Assembly (NCBI GenBank): GCA_047495785.1 | Contig: JBLDXI010000032.1 | Span: 3,224,001 to 3,288,000, forward strand | DNA from: Lepidodermella squamata | Taxonomy: Eukaryota > Animalia > Gastrotricha | DNA length: 64,000 nucleotides | Direction: 5' to 3' | Position numbers and translations under genes: made by a program | Shown here: positions 61,715-64,000 of the stretch, piece by piece | Layout of the letters: each line of letters opens with the position of its first letter | How positions within the stretch are numbered: the stretch's first letter is position 1 | The notes under the pieces: model-generated | Databases searched by the model: none | What the model was told of the DNA's origin: nothing | What the model saw: only the letters and a program-made list of their open reading frames with translations

Positions 61715-62940
61715 TTAGAACGCATTAGCAACACGCGCGGCGAGATACACGTGTTCTCCGATAAAAATTAAGACGAAAATGAGGAATGCGAACAAATCGC
61801 ATTGCTGAGTGAGAGTCAACGCCTTCAAAGAACACGTTTTTAAGAGAGGGCTCTTATGCCGCCCCATCCTTTTCAGGTGATCTGCAAATCCGACCATAGT
61901 TGTAACGTAGATGCACATGAGAGTGCCCGCGACGATGTTAATGTTGAAATAAACAAGTAAGGCAACCACAACTGTTGAATCTGGAATGCTTTGTCGAGCA
62001 TCTGTCTGCAATATGACGAAAGCCAGCAGTAGTGTGGTTGAAAAAACCTATAACAAACTATCATAAACATCTTCTTTAAAATGTGGTAAACTTTTACTGG
62101 TCTGTCAGGCATCCTGGCTGGCATAGCTAGAGTTGATAATTGAAGAACTGTTAGTGAGATCGTCGGCACAATTATCGTGAAAACATAAGGCAACCAGATG
62201 CGTCTCATCTCGAGGCCGATTGTCATTTTCGACCAGCACTGCAAGTCAGTGTTGTCCAATAAATGATAGCAGGCATCGGGCCGAACATCTGAATCAGCTC
62301 TAATGAATTCCCAGTGATCTGTTTTCTCCGTAATAACTTCATCCGGACTCAGATAATCGATTCGGACGCTGCTCAGATTGGTTAACCGATCATTGAGCCA
62401 CATTTCGAAGATGAATTCACAGCGCTGCGAGTCGAAAGGGAACAGTTCGTGATTCATAGAGCACTTTGCCTTCCACAAACCGCCCGCATTTGTAAACACG
62501 GATCCGTCTGAATAAACGTCGATAGGGTACCCGGCCATGTTTTCATCAACAACGAGAATTGACTCAGTTGCGCTGTTCATGAAGGCTAGTTTCGGTTTCC
62601 ACATCTGAACGGCATAAGCGCCGTCGATTGCCAGGTAGGTGGATTGTTGCGAGATACGTTTGTCGAAATGAGGCCACAACTTTATTGCGACTTTGTAAAA
62701 ACATTCGTCGCGCCAACTAAGAATCAGGTTCCCTCTAACAGCTATCGTTTGCCGGACGTCATCTATTTCGTCGAAACTGTAGAGGCGAAACTTGGCACCG
62801 ATATTGACTGTTTTATTCGAGCGGAAAAATGGGTCGCAAAGTAAGGGATTCCTGACCTTGAGATGCTCTTCCAAGCTATCTTCTTGGCCCTCAACGACGC
62901 CGGTTAATATAAAATAGTATAACACGTATGACGCATGCAT
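61715..62940 (-). CDS. Divergent Cys-loop ligand-gated ion channel subunit L3 (inverted paralog of L2)
   Basis: Shares CSMNHELFPFDSQRC, MWKPKLAFMNSA and MPDRP|VFSTTLL with L2, and has the same single intron position. Confidence 0.88.
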
Positions 62941-63573
62941 CAGCTAATTTGACTGAACCATTATATCCTCATATAAAATATGGTCTCCGAAGTTAGCATC
63001 AAGCAGTTCTCGTCATTTATTTATTCAATCAGCTGTCATTCGAATGATTTCTTTCTGGCCTTGGGAACGGCGGGATGACTATGCATATATAACAGCTTTT
63101 ACCTTAGCAGCAGGCTCAGCATTGATTTGCGAAAATTCTTTCTGCAAATACAGGTGAGGTATTACTCCAGTCGAAGCTCACAAAATAAAAAGATAATAAT
63201 AATAATCTGCTCATCTAGGGTTGATGTTTTTTCGAAATTGTTTCTTCGAGCCGCGAAGGTGCGAAAACCGTGAAACGCCAGCGCAGCGAGCATCACGGAC
63301 AAGGTTTTTGCGATAAATTATTCTACCTTCCACGATGGTCGTGGTTTTCTTGCACACATGTTCGCCTACTTATTTGAAACTTCGTATTAGGCTGTAATTA
63401 TTCGTGATATGCGCATGATTTGGATCCCTCGGGGCGAGACTTCGATTATTCACGAAGTAATGGGCACATGCGTGAAAAGGCCTCTAATGAAACGTCAATT
63501 TGCGAATTTTTGAGTGGCGGCGCTAGTATATAAACATTTTGCTAGACTGCATTCTCAATGAATATCTGATTTG

Positions 63574-63663
63574 CATCGTGTGATCATTTGAGCGTTCTAA
63601 TTTTTTTTCTCCGATCAAATTGCAGGTAATTTTTTTCTGAAACGCTCAAATGATCACACGATG
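63574..63663. repeat. Perfect 23-bp inverted repeat with 44-nt spacer
   Basis: CATCGTGTGATCATTTGAGCGTT (63574-63596) / AACGCTCAAATGATCACACGATG (63641-63663). Confidence 0.8.
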
Positions 63664-64000
63664 TGTTTCATCGGTGACGTATTACTCTATTACCTCTGCA
63701 TATAATAAGTAATTGGCCCATGCGTTGTCCTAGTTCTTATGCTATTATATGTTAGATTTTATAAATTTGAAGTATGGGCGAATTTCCAAAATGCTACGGT
63801 TTTGCTACGGCGCCGTAGTTGACATTGCCAGCAGTACGGCGCGAGTGCCACTTTCGGCCAACTTTGCAAATTTTTCCAATTAGGTACAATTTCCCTAAAT
63901 AGGACTATATTAAGTGTCGGCGCGTGACATCATGCAAACGCGTCCTTTTGTAACACCATAAAATCAATCAGGAAACAGGCAATTTCTCTGTTATACTCGT

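Noticed and set aside
1-64000. tRNA, rRNA or prokaryotic systems; most antisense ORFs in the track
   Set aside because: No cloverleaf or rRNA signatures were seen by eye. The antisense and alternate-frame ORFs are shadows of the spliced genes.

Overview
Gene-dense invertebrate (metazoan) genomic DNA, standard code, mostly ~45-65 nt spliceosomal introns; species cannot be assigned from the sequence alone. Left half (1-30.2 kb): tandem array of paralogous genes for secreted proteins made only of LDL-receptor class A (LDLa) repeats. Five look intact (19, 19, 10, 15 and 10 repeats by my exon reconstruction), one is a pseudogene, there are fragments, and a type-II-anchored 3xLDLa gene follows. They are interleaved with MITEs, FLYWCH remnants, a decayed LINE interrupted by a TIR-less 1.15-kb insertion, and an apparently exact 3164-bp tandem duplication. 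Right half: a Sushi+Thr-stalk+CAP gene, seven intact SLC2/GLUT-like transporters plus one pseudogene, a secreted protein with an unrecognised 4-Cys repeat plus two LamG-like domains, and three divergent Cys-loop ligand-gated ion channel genes. Best leads: (1) the SLC2 paralogs have systematically rewritten the sugar-binding pocket, with Arg in one clade and Glu in the other at the GLUT1 Q283 position; (2) the LDLa array varies repeat number through a higher-order repeat; (3) minimal-ICD Cys-loop channels with a P-D-R filter bracket the Glu-clade transporters; (4) the novel Cys-repeat/LamG protein. Exon boundaries were read by eye and no database search was run.
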